From NCBI GenBank assembly GCA_951406725.2, contig OX597815.1:12462001-12526000 (forward strand): 64,000 bases of DNA, given 5' to 3'. The notes beneath the pieces are model-generated. The model was not told the origin of the DNA. It made no database searches and saw nothing but the letters and a program-made list of their open reading frames with translations. Made by a program: the position numbers and the translations under genes. Numbering within the stretch: position 1 is the stretch's first letter; each line of letters begins with the position of its first letter. This document shows, one piece after another, positions 43,305-57,617 of this stretch. Source of the DNA: Octopus vulgaris. Taxonomy: Eukaryota.

Positions 43305-43395
43305 GGTGAAATCAATTAATTTGGAGTAATCATTAATTTCACCAAGTAGATATCGGCATGTAAAAGCCCCATTCGAGGAAGGTTTAAGTAATACA

Positions 43396-43572
43396 AAGTA
43401 ATTAAGGGTTTAGCAACGATTTGCCTCACCACACACAGAATTTAGAAATAGCAGTCAAAGAGTTATGGCTATTCTTTCTACTTTAAGTAGAAAGAATAGC
43501 CATAACTCTTTGACTGCTATTTCTAAATTTGGTGTGTGGTGAGGCAAATCGTTGCTAAACCCTTAATTACTT
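43396..43572. repeat. Near-perfect 177-bp palindrome (88-bp arms, 1-nt centre)
   Basis: Arms at 43396-43483 and 43485-43572, centred on ctactt-t-aagtag. Two adjacent mismatches seen. Confidence 0.95.
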
Positions 43573-43573
43573 A

Positions 43574-43699
<126 letters not shown>

Positions 43700-43899
43700 A
43701 TGCATAATATACAGTAGTGCAACAAAATAGGGCTGTCTACATAGACATGAAGCTCTTTTCACCTCCCGTACACGTAGCATTAGCAGGGTAGGAATAGAAT
43801 TGTATAAAGTTTTATGAAATTGTGTAAGATACAGTAGTTTCCCTTACTAACCAAGAGATAGCGAATTTTCTCTTTTGTGACATTGGATTAGAGTACAAG

Positions 43900-44460
43900 A
43901 CTTTATCGACCTTATCGTAAGCGTAATGGAAATTTGAATGACACCAATCGAATTTCTAATCAACACATGAGTTGTGATAAAATCTGTACTTATGATTGTA
44001 TCGCCAGACTCTTAGCCAATGCCGATTACTAAAACACGCGTTTAAATAAAGATGGTTGTACTGATAAAATTGAAGATATTACCAGTCGTTATTCAAGATA
44101 GGGTGGTTGGTTGTATATTGGGAAATATTTGAGGAATGATATTATAAACCATAACCTTAATGACAACGGAAATTTACATGGCTATAATACTGGATCAAAC
44201 ATATATAACGCTCGAGTATGAATTGTAAACCAGTGTAGGAACAATAAACCCAAATGCCGTTAATGGTAACATCTCCCTGCCTTTTTAATAGCTTTAAAAT
44301 TGTAGGAATAAGCATAGAAACCCTTAGCTTATGTCAATCGTAACTGCAATAGCTTATATAATTGTTATAGAAAACTTGATACTATATCCTTTGGAATGAT
44401 TCATCGCGATAACAATAATGGAATATGCAAACTCCGGAAGTAGAATATTCTAATGTCGAA
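43900..44460 (-). pseudogene. Possible decayed class A GPCR, TM1-TM4 remnant
   Basis: Minus strand gives NILLPEFAYSIIVIAMN, SITII*AIAVT, GLQFILERYICLI (ER at ~44210) and LWFIISFLKYFP. Order is correct but spacing is compressed. Confidence 0.35.
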
Positions 44461-45591
44461 CATACTTCCTAGATTTCAGGTGACCACGGATATAATCTGA
44501 AATCGTCCCTAAACCACCGGAAAAAGCCTTCAAGTAAATATTGTAAGGTATTCAATATGCACATTTTAAAATGTTTGTACTCCACTATTTCTAATTTAGT
44601 TGATAAAATTGCCGCTATTAATAATAAGAAATCTAACGACATTAGAAAGAACGTGCGCGAGTTTAATTCTCCAAGTATTTTGCCATTATCTAGCTCCTAT
44701 GTTAACGTTATACCTCGATCTAACATGAATGTTACAATTGATTGTGTGATTCTTCAAGTCTATAGAGACAGAAGCATGAAACCATTAGTGCTTAGTGGAG
44801 CCGTGTCTGTTACAAAATTGTATATGTGCGACAGAAACCTCGGTATCACATGATAAAAATTTTAATCTAAAGTAAAATTTGTGGCTTCATTGTGTTTACA
44901 AGTGTCTCAAAGTAAGATTATAATATTACGCTAACAATTTGTACATCTATAAATTTCTGTTACCATTACATACTAAATTAAAAAAAAAAAAAAATTGCAA
45001 TTTAGTTTTATTCTAGTTTGTGTACATAATAAATAACAAAGTTTATATATTTTCTAGTGAAAACACGTAAACAAAATGATGCGTTGCTAATAAATAAGGA
45101 GAATATTTCAAGTTTGTCAGCAAACTTATTCAAATATTTTTACAAATAGCATTTTCTAAACAAAAATTCAAACTGATTAAATGTAGCATTGTCAATAATA
45201 ATCCCGTCGCTTAAGAGTCATATTCACTTTCTCAACGAATCTATTAGAAAGTATTTAATATTAAAGGATGCATAATCAGTTTATAGCTATTATTTTTTTT
45301 CCTTTTCAAATTATTTCCCAGACTCGGTGTATACAGACGCACAATGCGTGCGCACGCACACATTCATACACATGCGTATATGTATATATATATATGTATA
45401 TATGGGCTCCGTGTGGGCAGTCATTTAAAAGTGTTTGTGCATCTTGATGCTGACATACGTTCCTTGTTTTTCCTGATGAGAAGGCGGCATAGTGCACCCC
45501 TTATTCCTCCGAAATTAGGAATATGCAGCCTTCGAAACATATGTTGAAAGTAAAGGAATTTCGTTAATTCGTCGTTCAACTCCATTCTTTC

Positions 45592-45627
<36 letters not shown>

Positions 45628-45639
45628 TACTCGTGACAC

Positions 45640-46085
45640 AGATAAGTTATGGGGAGATGCTACAGGAACTAAGCTATACTCCTTAGATAGAAGTCAAGAA
45701 AGGTATACAGTGATTTGCATATGGAAGATCATTGAAGGTCTAGCTCCCAGCTTTCGAATTAAAAGCTAAACAAACCAACAAAATAGCCGGCATTGCCTAA
45801 TATTAAGACAGAGTCTGCATCTCATATAGGGACCCAGGATTGCAACAGTTTCGGTTTCAATACACCAAAACTTTTTAACATCCTGCTAAAGAACCTGGTA
45901 TATCTGAATAGTTTAGATGTTGAAATGTCCAGAACAACCTTGACAAATTTCTATATGAAATCACACATGAGCCCACATCTCGGCAAGAGGCACTAAGAAG
46001 ACCTGCTTCTTCCAACTCTCTTTTTGAAGGGACACCTCGAAACAGTAAAAGGCGGTTCTCCAGCATGGCCTTAGCTTCCGGCCGA
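45640..46085 (+). mobile_element. CR1/L2-like LINE 3' remnant
   Basis: SYGEMLQELSY-like, RYTVICIWKIIEGLAP, NSFGFNTPKLFNIL. Confidence 0.6.
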
Positions 46086-46113
46086 AATCATTCTACGTGG
46101 TAAAGAATAAAAG

Positions 46114-46146
<33 letters not shown>

Positions 46147-46254
46147 AGTGTGTGTCTGTTTGTGTATACACATACAAATATCTATGAATATATTTATTGT
46201 GTATATGTATACACAGACACGCACACATACAGACTAATATAGAATATATCAAGA

Positions 46255-46430
46255 TCAATTATTAAACAAATTAGCCTCCAATATTAATAAGGGACTAACC
46301 TATTTATTCCGTAACGAAGACATATTTAATAGACATGTGAACCACAAGAACAAAGCTCTAGGGAACGCTGGATATAGGGATAAAATAGAATATAAATTAC
46401 AAACGCTGGATGAAGGGGAAAATAGAATTC
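46255..46430 (+). mobile_element. Penelope-like RT C-terminal (thumb) fragment
   Basis: LLNKLASNINKGLTYLFRNEDIFNRHVNHKNKALGNAGYRDKIEY matches the PLE pattern I.K.I...I..RLS.LS.NE.IF......Y..AL..SGY. Confidence 0.6.
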
Positions 46431-47229
46431 AATCAACTTAATGACATTGATAAATACTGCACAAATAAATACAAGAAAGAAAATAAATCTTGTATATCTT
46501 ATAATCCCACCAAAACTAGTAATATAATCACAAAACTAATAAACTAACCACATATAAACAAGGAATTGACAAGGATAACAAATCGAAGTACATTTCAAAT
46601 CAAACTTATAATACTAAACGTAATAGTAGAAAAAACAATACTAAATTATCTCCTAAACCCAAGATAAAGAGCATCCTACTTACAATTATAATGATTTCCA
46701 CAATGTAAAAAACATAATTGATAAAATAATACTGATATGGATAATCAATTAATCACTTCTGATACCAATTCCACTGCTAATCCATATAATGCTCTGAATA
46801 AAAATTATATTAAGCCACATATTTATTTGACCGTAAATAAACTAAAGGAGATTACGACATACCTGTAAATAAGAACCACTCTGTTAAATCAAATAAGAGA
46901 ATTTACATATAATCTCCCGCTTGTACACGTATATATACACAAATATGCAAGCACAAATGTAAATAATTAAGTACGTAGGTGAATAGTCAAATACAGATTC
47001 GATTAGCATTTTTGTATATACGTATATACACATACACACATACGAATATTAATATTTAAACACACATAGGCGTATACATTCGAACATACATATATATAAT
47101 TATGAATTATATCTGTACAAGCATGCTTGTACAGATATAAATCAGTAATTAAATAGGTAAATAGTGACATACTGATTTGGATACTATGTATCTGTATATT
47201 TACACAAACACATTTTTTTCATTTATTCT

Positions 47230-47422
47230 TTGTTTCAGTCATTTGATTGCCTCCATCCTGGACTTATTCATTTGACCGCGGTCCCAGGTCTTATTCTTTG
47301 TAAGCCTAGTACTTATTCTATCGGTCTCTTGTGACGGACAGCTGGGTTCCAGGAACGTAAACACACCAGCATCGATTGTCAAACACAGACAAACATACAT
47401 ACACACATACAGACACGCACAA

Positions 47423-47460
<38 letters not shown>

Positions 47461-47772
47461 TTATATATACATATATATATATTTCTTTACTACCTACAAG
47501 GGGCTAAACATAGAGGGGACAAACAAGGACAGGCAAAGGGATTACATCGACCCCAGTGCGAAGTGGTACTTAATTTATCGACCCCGAAAGGATGAAAGGC
47601 AAAGTCGACCTCGGCGGAATTTGAACTCAGAATGTAACGACAGACGAAATACGACTACGCATTTCGCCCGGCGTGCTAACGATTCTGCTAGCTCGCCGCC
47701 CTTGTATATATATATAAAACGGACTTCTTTCAGTTTCCGTCTACCAAATCCACTCACAAGGCTTTGGTCGAC
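47230..47772 (-). mobile_element. SINE family B copy with a SINE-A (47481-47700) nested in its internal microsatellite
   Basis: B tail at 47230-47390, A copy at 47481-47700, B body fragment at 47718-47772. Confidence 0.75.
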
Positions 47773-48660
47773 CCATCAGACGCTGTAATACAATGTATAT
47801 GTGTATATACACACACAGTCACACATACAAACACACACACACACATATATAAACGTATGTCTATGATTTTACATTCACAATATGTATGAACGAATGAATT
47901 ACTTCCATGTAAGTGTGCCGACATACCAGCAGTAAAATTTTCAAAGAGAACATACACAATTTAAACATTACATATGTATTTATGCGTGTGTGTGGGTGTG
48001 TTTGTGTGTGTGTGTGTACATGTGTGTATATATGTTGGTATAAACGATATATTTATATATCAAAGCATGTATACTTATAAATGATTTATATTATGGATAG
48101 CTTCTAATTTGCTAGTCAATATTATGCCAAATATGAAAAATAAATTTAAGCTACCATTAGCCCACATAATTTTCATTCGTAAATCTTCTGCAAATTGAAC
48201 TCTTACGAGTTAAGAAATGACATATTCTCGATCCAGTTAAGTGCATTTCATCTAATTCGAACTCATTATTACCGAGCATGATAGCAATACAAACTTACCA
48301 GAATATATATATAATTCACTATACAAGTACACGCATTTTATACATATACATACATTCACTATACAAGTACACACATTTTATGTTCCTCTGTCCCTCTCTC
48401 TGTTTTCTACTTTTTCACACACACCTACGTACATCCACATGTGCACAGATAGAGGCATGCAGTGCACTAACGTATATTATGAAAATGCGCAGCACATCTG
48501 TGAACGTGTACATATGAGTGCACATTCAACTACAGACAGTGAAACACCTGTTTTGCACCATAGCAATTATTAAATTGAAAACAACAATAATAATAAATAT
48601 CTATATGTGTCTATATGCATATGCATATGTGCATACATATATATGTAGATATGTATGTAA

Positions 48661-48694
<34 letters not shown>

Positions 48695-48723
48695 ACACAT
48701 ATGTATATATCCATGTATACATT

Positions 48724-48754
<31 letters not shown>

Positions 48755-49483
48755 GATTATTCTTTGGAAATAAGATATGTGTAATTGTTGTTTCACACCG
48801 AGAAATATCTTCTATTATATTACTGCACTAAAATCATGTTATAAGACAAAAAAAAAAAGGAACAAAAAAACTTTGAATATAAAAACATAATCACTTAGGT
48901 TCTGTGAAACTATAATATCGAAAGAAAAATTATACAAAAAAGTAAAACTTCAATTAATGAAAACTGAATAAATATGAAAATCACAAAAGAAATCAACATT
49001 AAACAAAAATGAACAAATTTGTTAATTAGATACAAAGTGTATAATCAAAGTACGTACTACGCGGAGACAATATTTGACTGCTAATGACAGATTTTGACAT
49101 CAAACATATTAAAATATTTTTTCTAATTATATGAGTTTCGAGAAAAGTAAAAGAGAATAGATATTAATATGAAAATTTGTCTACGCACACATGAATGTAA
49201 GTTATGAAATATAATTTATACTTTTGCAAAGAACTGATTATTTAGAGTCAAGTGGTTTTTGCCGCTTATTTCCCACATAAAAATTAAGGATGAAATAAAA
49301 AATCAATAAGAATTTAAAAGTTTGAAAACACTCGTTCACTGTAGCTGCAACGGTAAACGCAAATGTGATGAGAGATTTTATGACCAATGATATAAGTTTA
49401 ATACGAGTACTTACATGCTGATGACGATGATGATGATTCTTGTTGTGGTGGTGGTGGTCATGATGATGAGGATGATGATGATG

Positions 49484-49577
<94 letters not shown>

Positions 49578-49582
<5 letters not shown>

Positions 49583-50085
49583 GCCCTGATGCAGTACCAG
49601 GCAGTAGCTCTCATGGCTTTTGATCTTAACTGATTGGAAGTGTTATCATGTATATTGTTTTGTCTTGGTACAAAAGACGGGTTACAGCAAATATTCTTCT
49701 CAGTACCATAGATTTGCTTGTCAGTTGTTTTTACCTTAACCAGTTGAGCATGTCCCTTAGTGGCTGACGATATGTGCATCTCTGATCACGAGCAGAAGTA
49801 TTGGGGGAGCATCATAGCCATGTGTTGAGAGGAATCCTTTGGGGTTTGGATATTTCTGAAACATGGGTGTTTTGTTCCACATCCTTAAACAATCCTTATT
49901 CAGGGACCTTTTGAGCAGGATGGGTCCTCGACCAGAAAAAATTCTAACTGGGCCCCACATGCAAGATCATGCGCTGTTTATCTTGATATGATATCACCAT
50001 GTTATGCACATATGGTTGTGAGGCATGTGACTGGTGTACCCTTATAAGACGAGTAGTCATGATAGGTATAGTGGGCTTCGTATAT
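49578..50085 (+). mobile_element. Interspersed repeat, probably the 3' UTR of an RLE-type LINE
   Basis: The block ccttaaccagttgagcatgtcccttagtggctga...gatcacgagcagaagta recurs at 51515-51590 directly after the LINE ORF. Its distal part recurs inverted at ~35115-35195. Confidence 0.55.
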
Positions 50086-50151
50086 TTTACACCACTTCGA
50101 TGGCATGCACTGCTCTCTCACTCAACAACAGTAATAATAATAATAATAATG

Positions 50152-50226
<75 letters not shown>

Positions 50227-50576
50227 GTAGTAGTAATAATAATAATAATAATCCAGTAATTGTGGTCCTAATAAACCACGCGGGCCACAAACATGAGTTT
50301 TTGGAGACATATGTTGCAGAAATTGGAATTGGCATGAGAGCAGAGCATGTCCAGAGATCTGCTTTGTTGGGGACAGTTAGGGTTTTCAGATTGGGGCTTG
50401 GGTGTTGGCTATCTTCTCAGAAGCTTAATACCTGAGTTCCAAGACATGTAATCTGTGGCAAGATGCTCTGTGAGACCTTTGAGAACATGATGTAGTCCCC
50501 TCTCACAGAATTACCGGTGCAATTATGATCGAGGTATCTGAGAATTGAAATAGATGATGATGGTGCTGATGATGAA

Positions 50577-50636
<60 letters not shown>

Positions 50637-50739
50637 AAAACGATCATAATAATCTAAAGCTGTAAAACAATTAAAACTGGACCAACAATGTGTTATGATG
50701 AAACGATAACAACAAAAATTTATTACATGTCAAATATTG

Positions 50740-51610
50740 GGATAAACTAAACAGAAAATAAATAGACAAAGTGAAATCGCAACAATGGCTGAGAAGCTCA
50801 GAACTCAATTGCAGATCAAGAGCAAATCCTCCCCACCAGAAATCACTAGAAACACATAATGAAGAAGTATACAAGTTACTTCAGGATATGTGGTGATGGG
50901 GAAGAAACAATAAATTATATTGACTCTGGCTGCCTAGTCCTGGCTAAGAACAAATATGTATACGCGTGAGAAAGATGGGACTTATATTTGCCAACATTAT
51001 GGAATGACAGCAGAGGACGATTGTACAGGTACACCCCAGAAAAGTTCACAGAAAATATCAAAGCAACCATACTCTGGGATATGTCAATACATACACGTAG
51101 AGAAATGAAGGCTAACAGACCAAATATATTTGTCAGAGATCGCCAAGAAAAAATATGCCAGCATGTCGAGCTATCGATATCAACATTTAACAACGTATCT
51201 GTAAAACACGGGGAACCACTTAAAATACAAAGATATGGAAACGGCTGTAACCCGTTTGTGGAACCTATAAACAGAAACAATCCTTACAATAATAGGTGCA
51301 TTAGGAATGATTAAAAAGTATTCAGACAAATACATAACATTTTCTGTATGTAACATACAGACAATAGCACTACTAGGCACAGTGCACATACTACGTAAAA
51401 TAATTTCAATACAGAGAAAATAGGTGCAACACAACAAAGTTTAGTCTTCGTATAAAATATAGACTACAGCAAATATTCTACTGCATATCACTGATTTCCT
51501 GGTCAGTTGCTTGACCTTAACTAGTTGACCATGTCACTTAGTGGCTGATGGTATGAGCATCTTTGATCACGAGCAGAAGTAGTGGGGAAACTACCATATA
51601 TATTGTGCAT
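50740..51610 (+). mobile_element. RLE-type (R4/Dong-like) LINE, 3' region
   Basis: EETINYIDSGCLVLA (zinc-knuckle remnant), ILWDMSIHTRREMKANRPNIFVRD...ELSI (RLE), TILTIIGALGMIKK...IQTIALLGTVHILRK. Confidence 0.8.
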
Positions 51611-52967
51611 AAATCTATATAATATATATAGATATATTTGTGTGTGAGTGTCTGTATGCACATGTGTTTGTGAGTGAGAGTGTGTGTGTGTACATACAGA
51701 TATACATGGCAGAGACTTTTGCCTTGGTAGCCAGCCATCCTGTAACAACAGGCTGCTGAGATACTCCGATCTGTTATCGTAGGATGATACATCATTCGAT
51801 AACATTTGTGTGAAATAACTCTGAATTACCGAATCTCACATAAATCATCATGAAATTTCTTACTGTAAACTGCCTCAGGAAGAATTATGTTGTAAAATGT
51901 CCAAGTGTTCGGAGCCAATAGCCACACACCTTGATAGAAATATCAAAATTAATGTAAGTTAGGGATTATAAAGGAGTGAGAAAAACTGTGGCCTGGATGA
52001 ACATTGCTACTGAAAGGATCATACTGTAACATTATTTCAGCAATGTATTGCATAATACTTATTAACTCATTGAAGATGTAAGACTTAGATTTTCGCTTGG
52101 TTGATCCAGATATGATAGAATGAACTTTTACTATCTCGAATTATAGAAAAGTGGAAAAAATGAAACAATAGATAAACGAATATCTTTCTTATTATTAAAT
52201 TTTGTTATCTGATACAAGAGATTCATCGATTATATCTTTAGGGTGTTTTTAGTTTTGGTTATATATATTGGTTGCTATAAAGTGTATTTCTTGTATGTTT
52301 CATAACGTGTGAGAAAAAGATTTTAGCGTTTTCTTTTCTTTGCAATTTTTCGTTTTTGTTTCCATTTCTTCTTTCTTTGTTTCTTTTTTATGTTTCTGAG
52401 ATTAGCTAAATATATTTCGATATCGACTAGACTTTCGCGGTCTGTAGCTGACTACTCAGTCGTTGCAATGTGTAGATGGAATCTATAATCATCTTTAGAT
52501 CTGTAAAAGCTACCATCATATATTACACAATAGGGAACATTTAAAGATTTCGAGTAACTGGTGCTAGTATACACTGTACTAATACGTAGAATGATACTTC
52601 ATATATAAAAAGAAAGTGATGTCAAATATTTTAACGTCAACAAAATTTGTTAGGATGACATAACCTGGTGGATAATTGCAAGTTGATGTTTCCAAGCTGT
52701 ATTATACCACTAATATACGACGGTCATTTTGAAATTACATGTTCACGTACTCATCAGACAGTTGTCCTGGAAGACGTGAAAAATGTACATGATACTTTGG
52801 ATGTCCACACTAATGTGCAAACCAAATTTATCGAAAATACTCTATGGAGTTTATGCCTTTCTAGATAAACAAACGGAACGCTAAAGTTCAAAGCTACGCA
52901 TTCCCATATATAAGTGGGCATTACAATGAGAAACTGCTATGAGGACAAGAATAACAGTAATAATGCT

Positions 52968-53170
52968 TTCCAAATTTGGCACAAGGCCAGTATTTTTACA
53001 GGATGGTGTGAGTCGATTACATCGAATCCAATGCTGAACTGGTAATAATTTTATCGACCCTGGAGGGATGGAAGGCAAAGTCGCTCTCAGCAGCATTTGA
53101 AATAAAAACGTAAAGATGCAGGAAATGTTACTAATTAAAGCACGGTAAAGATTCTGCCAGCCCGCAGCTT
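52968..53170 (-). mobile_element. SINE-A, diverged copy
   Basis: ttatcgaccc...ggatggaaggcaaagtcg...gattctgccagc. Confidence 0.65.
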
Positions 53171-54682
53171 TAAGAATAACTATAATACCAACATCAAGAA
53201 TGTTTATCCCTTACCTCATTATGCAACTGTTGTTATTCACAATTTCGATAACAGGAATAAAAATTAAAGAATTTCATTGCTTTCGTTTATATTTTGCCAA
53301 ACACCGAAGAATTAGCGCAATAAAATGTTTCAACCAGCAATTATATATACCGGGATGCTTTTTGCCGTAGCTTCTTTTTAAAAGTATAATATCATATGTT
53401 CTCCGTATATTATTCTGCACACTTACCTATTCCATGGTTTGATGTCACGTGTTGTAACGCGCTGGATACATGTGTGGAGTGTGGGAACTACTGCTAAACA
53501 CGATGTTGACTAGTTGCTACACGTCAAAGCGCCATATGTGTGTATGTGTGAGTGTGTTTGAGTCTGTGTGTGAGTGTGTTTGAGTCTGTGTGTGAGTGTC
53601 TGTATCTGTGTCTACTCTGTTTACATCCCTGTAATTTAGAGTTTCCACAACAGAGATCCAGACAATAAATACATGACTCATTATATAAGTATTCCAATTT
53701 GAAGCACAGCTGATTACTTTATATTTCATTTTTTTTCAAATTTCAGAGATGTAAATGATATACTTTCGGATTATCAGTCACAAAGAGAATTTCGTTAAGA
53801 AAACGTGATTTGTTTATTAACTTCAGAAAGAAACGTAGATTGCTTTCGCTACAAAAGGTTAAAATTTGTACTATAAATCAGATCTTGATAGCAGCTGGTT
53901 TTCTCATATTCCTAAAGTTTCTCAGTTTAAATATGTTAAATGTGCAACAATTCTGATATCTCAAGTACCATCGTCTGCTCAGGCATATTGCCATCATTGT
54001 TGTTAGGCAACGCGTTTGTTTATGAAACCGTTTTATGATGTGATTCAGCATCTGAATTACTCTAAGTGTTTCTAACTTTGTGAGTATTTCTACAAAAAAA
54101 AAAAAACATCCTATAAACTTACAACTGAAGTTTCGATACCTCTCATATATCTTCACATTATTTCTCTATCTTAAATTATTAGCAATTAAATTAATCGTGA
54201 TTGACATGCATTTTTTTTCGAAATCATAGGTAGCTCTTTATTGCTGGAAGGACTAGTTAGGAATTGTAAATCACCTCACAGTGATGAAGGTTTTTCATGC
54301 GGCAGAGATTCGGCATAAGTAATTTTATTATATTTACACGTACATATGCGTCTTTCATATAATCATGAGAATCTGGTTATGAAGTTTCGCTCTGATTGTT
54401 TCTTAGTAATAATATACGCGTGTCACGCAATCAATTATTTCTTCCTGGTGGAAATCTGAGGTGCGTTCTGCATAAATGCATACACAAGCGCAAATGCGTG
54501 CATAGACATACTTATGCAAACGTGTACACATTATACACACACAGACACAGACACACACACAAGCACACGTGCATACGCACACATATAGATGGGTGGGTGG
54601 ATAAATAGATAGATATGTGGTGGCCCTGCGTATGTGTTTCAATATGCGTGTGTAAGTAAATGCACGAGAAACCCCTAATACC

Positions 54683-55098
54683 TATTTCTTTACTGCCCAC
54701 AAGGGGCTAAACACAGTCAGGACAAACAATGAGAAAGAAATGGATTAAGTCGATTATATCCATTCCAGTGCGTAACTGATACTTATTTAATCGACCCCGA
54801 ATGGATGAAAGGCAACGTCGACCTCGGCGGAATTTGAACTCAGAACGTAACGGCAGACGAAATACCTATTTCTTTACTACCCACAAGGGGCTAAACACAG
54901 AGAGGACAAACAAAGGACAGACAACCGGATTAAGTCGATTATATCGACCCCAGTGCGTAACTGGTACGTATTTAATCGACACCGAAAGGATGTAAGGCAA
55001 AGTCGACTTCGTCGGAATTTGAAATCAGAACGTAGCGGCAGACGAAATACTGCTAAGCATTTTGCCCAGCGTGCTAACGTTTCTGCCAGCTCACCGCC
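54683..55098 (-). mobile_element. Tandem SINE-A array: one head plus two monomers of ~184 bp
   Basis: The junction aatac[c/t] occurs at 54677, 54861 and 55046. Confidence 0.88.
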
Positions 55099-56159
55099 CT
55101 GTATTTGGATCTCAGAGCGAATCACACAGTATACCTAAAGTGCATTATTTCTTTCTTTCTGATGATGTTTCTCCCTCGTTTGTGCGGAAACATATTACAT
55201 TTACCGGCGAAACTAGTGGGGAATAACATAAAATTGTTTGCAAATAATTAGAAACATCTCAGTAGTTGGCAATCAATTATTTATATTTCAGCGAACAAGA
55301 ACCCACACATACAAAAAAAGCAAAAAAAAAGAAAGAACAATAACTGTTCAGGAAAAAAATATGTATCGACCAACTAACTAACCGTCCATATATCACCACC
55401 ACCATGATGGAAATAATTATCGCCAGCATTGTCAACGCAATCGTCATTGCTGTCACTAGCATCTACATAGAATCTGTAATCACACAAAACAATCATCGAA
55501 AACATCTCCTCCTCAATCTTTGTTCATTTTTTTTTCTCCTCTCTATTATTGTTATTACAATTAGTAGCTGTAGTTGGTGAAGCAACATTATGTTTATTGA
55601 TATTACTGTATTTCTCTCTCTCATTCATATTAGAGTTGCGATTTTTAATATGCTGTTATTGTTATTTAATAATTCTTCGTCTGCATAGAATCTCGTTTTG
55701 CTTTCTGTTTTTATTTTTTTTTATTTTTAAGAAAGACACTTATTGATATTTTATGTCTTTTTGTTACTTTCATTAGTGAAGTGACTCTAATGAATTTTTT
55801 GTATTTTTTTTTTTTGTAGAAGAAATGTTGAAAATGCTTAAATTTATAATGAGTATAACGATTTTAGAATCAGCTGCATCCCTCCGCGATTAATTGTTTT
55901 GCAAAATTCACGCGCACCATAAAACGATTACGAATAGAAACACAGATACACGTTGACAAATATTTATATTTTTATATGGAACGTAGTAAACATAACACAA
56001 ACACACACACATACACAAACTCACACACACTCAAACAGACAAACACCCAGAAATAGAGACACACACATATATAGTAAGAAAAATAATTATATATTTTATA
56101 CAAGTATGTATATTTGCATATCTTTATGTATAAATATATAGCTATATATAAATACACGC

Positions 56160-56372
56160 GTCTATTTAGATATCGCCATGATAGATCGTTACCCACTACA
56201 CGCATTTTTTCTCCCCTTGCTTCACTGGTTTTTTTTCTGTGTCCCTTTCTATAGAAGAGCGTAGTCTCGAAACGTAAAAGACTTTTTCTATTCCTGAGCG
56301 TTATACTAATACATCTGTTTGTTTTGTACACCACTTGTCTTGGTCTTTTGTTTTTTTCGTGAACTCTCCCTA
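56160..56372 (+). mobile_element. Probable PLE-derived repeat with a core-mutated hammerhead motif
   Basis: cttt-ctataga-a-gag...ctc-gaaa-cgta-aaag at 56245-56280; related to 372-555. Confidence 0.45.
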
Positions 56373-56767
56373 TATGTATATATATGTGTGTGTGTGTACG
56401 CGTGTGTGTGTGCGCGCGCGTGAATGTTCCCTTACGGTAGGCTGTTCTGCGGTAGCCATCTTGACAGAAACTGTTTAATTTATTTATATCTGTAGTGGTA
56501 TACTATGCATATATTTAAGAAAATGTACAGCATACGGTTTATTCAGAAGTACAGTTACCTAAAACGCGTAAATTACCTAAGCCTACATGCTTTTAAAAGT
56601 ATCCTGGGACGGATAAATCAAAGCAAACATAATGGATCGATGTAGCAGATATGTATGTTAAAGAAAGTAGTAAAAATTATTGACCTAGTCAGTAAATGCA
56701 CTGAGTATAATGTAAAAGATAGGAAACAGCTAGACCATATAAAAATCATTTTATATTACAAAGTATC

Positions 56768-57617
56768 TATTAGGTCATTAAGAATGTAATTTGTAGAAAA
56801 GAAAATTAGTTTGCTAATGTTTTATAAATACAAGGAATAGTTTTTTTCATCAAAGTACGCACCCATATCGTCAATACACTTTTGACATTTCAGCGGTTGC
56901 TTGTCCAGCCCAGAACTGTAAAAGCCTGGCAATCTAGAGTCAATAAAATCTTGGAAGGCCGGTTTTCCAGTATCGTCGGAATTAAATATTTTCCTATCAA
57001 AAGGTTATCCAAATTCTGGAAGAAGTGATAGTCAGTGGGGGCAAGATCAGGTGAGCCTGGTGGATGAGGGAGAACTTTCAACTCCTACTCCTGTGGTTTC
57101 GCCAATGTCATATTTGTGATGTGTGCTCTGGCGTTGTATTGCAGTAAAATAGGAATGGATCTGTTAAATAATGAAGGCTGTAGTTTTGTAAGTTTCTGCA
57201 TCATTTGGTCCAGTTGGCTGCAGTATACTTCTGCCGTGATTGATGAGTCAGTTTTAATGAAATCATAATGGACCACACCTCCACTAGACCACTAGACACA
57301 CACCATCAGCTTCTTTTGATAAATTTTGCTATTTGGACTATGTTTAGGTGGCTCATATTTGGCCAATCACTGTGCTGAACGTTTACGGTTGTTGTATCGG
57401 ATCCATTTCTCATCACATATTGCAATTCGATAAAAAACCGACTCATTTTTGTGGTAAGAACATAGCATAATGCAGGCTTCCTAACCTATTTATTTACTAC
57501 CCACAAGGGGCTAAACATAGAGGGGACAAACAAGGACAACCACATACCTATTTACACTGCACGCTTGCTCTACTGACTGTAGACAAAAAATAATCTTGTA
57601 CACGACAACTATTAATA
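56768..57617 (-). mobile_element. mariner (DD34D-type) transposon remnant
   Basis: CDEKW...KKLMVCV*W...VHYDF...ILLQYNARAH (second D mutated)...LPHPPGSPDLAPTDYHFF, with in-frame stops. A TIR-like tattaggtc lies at 56768, and a SINE-A tail fragment is inserted at ~57485-57538. Confidence 0.88.

Noticed and set aside
53878-54156. SCKFIG...MAICLSR, TM3-like words
   Set aside because: The Cys-to-Arg distance is about twice canonical and there are no supporting flanking motifs.
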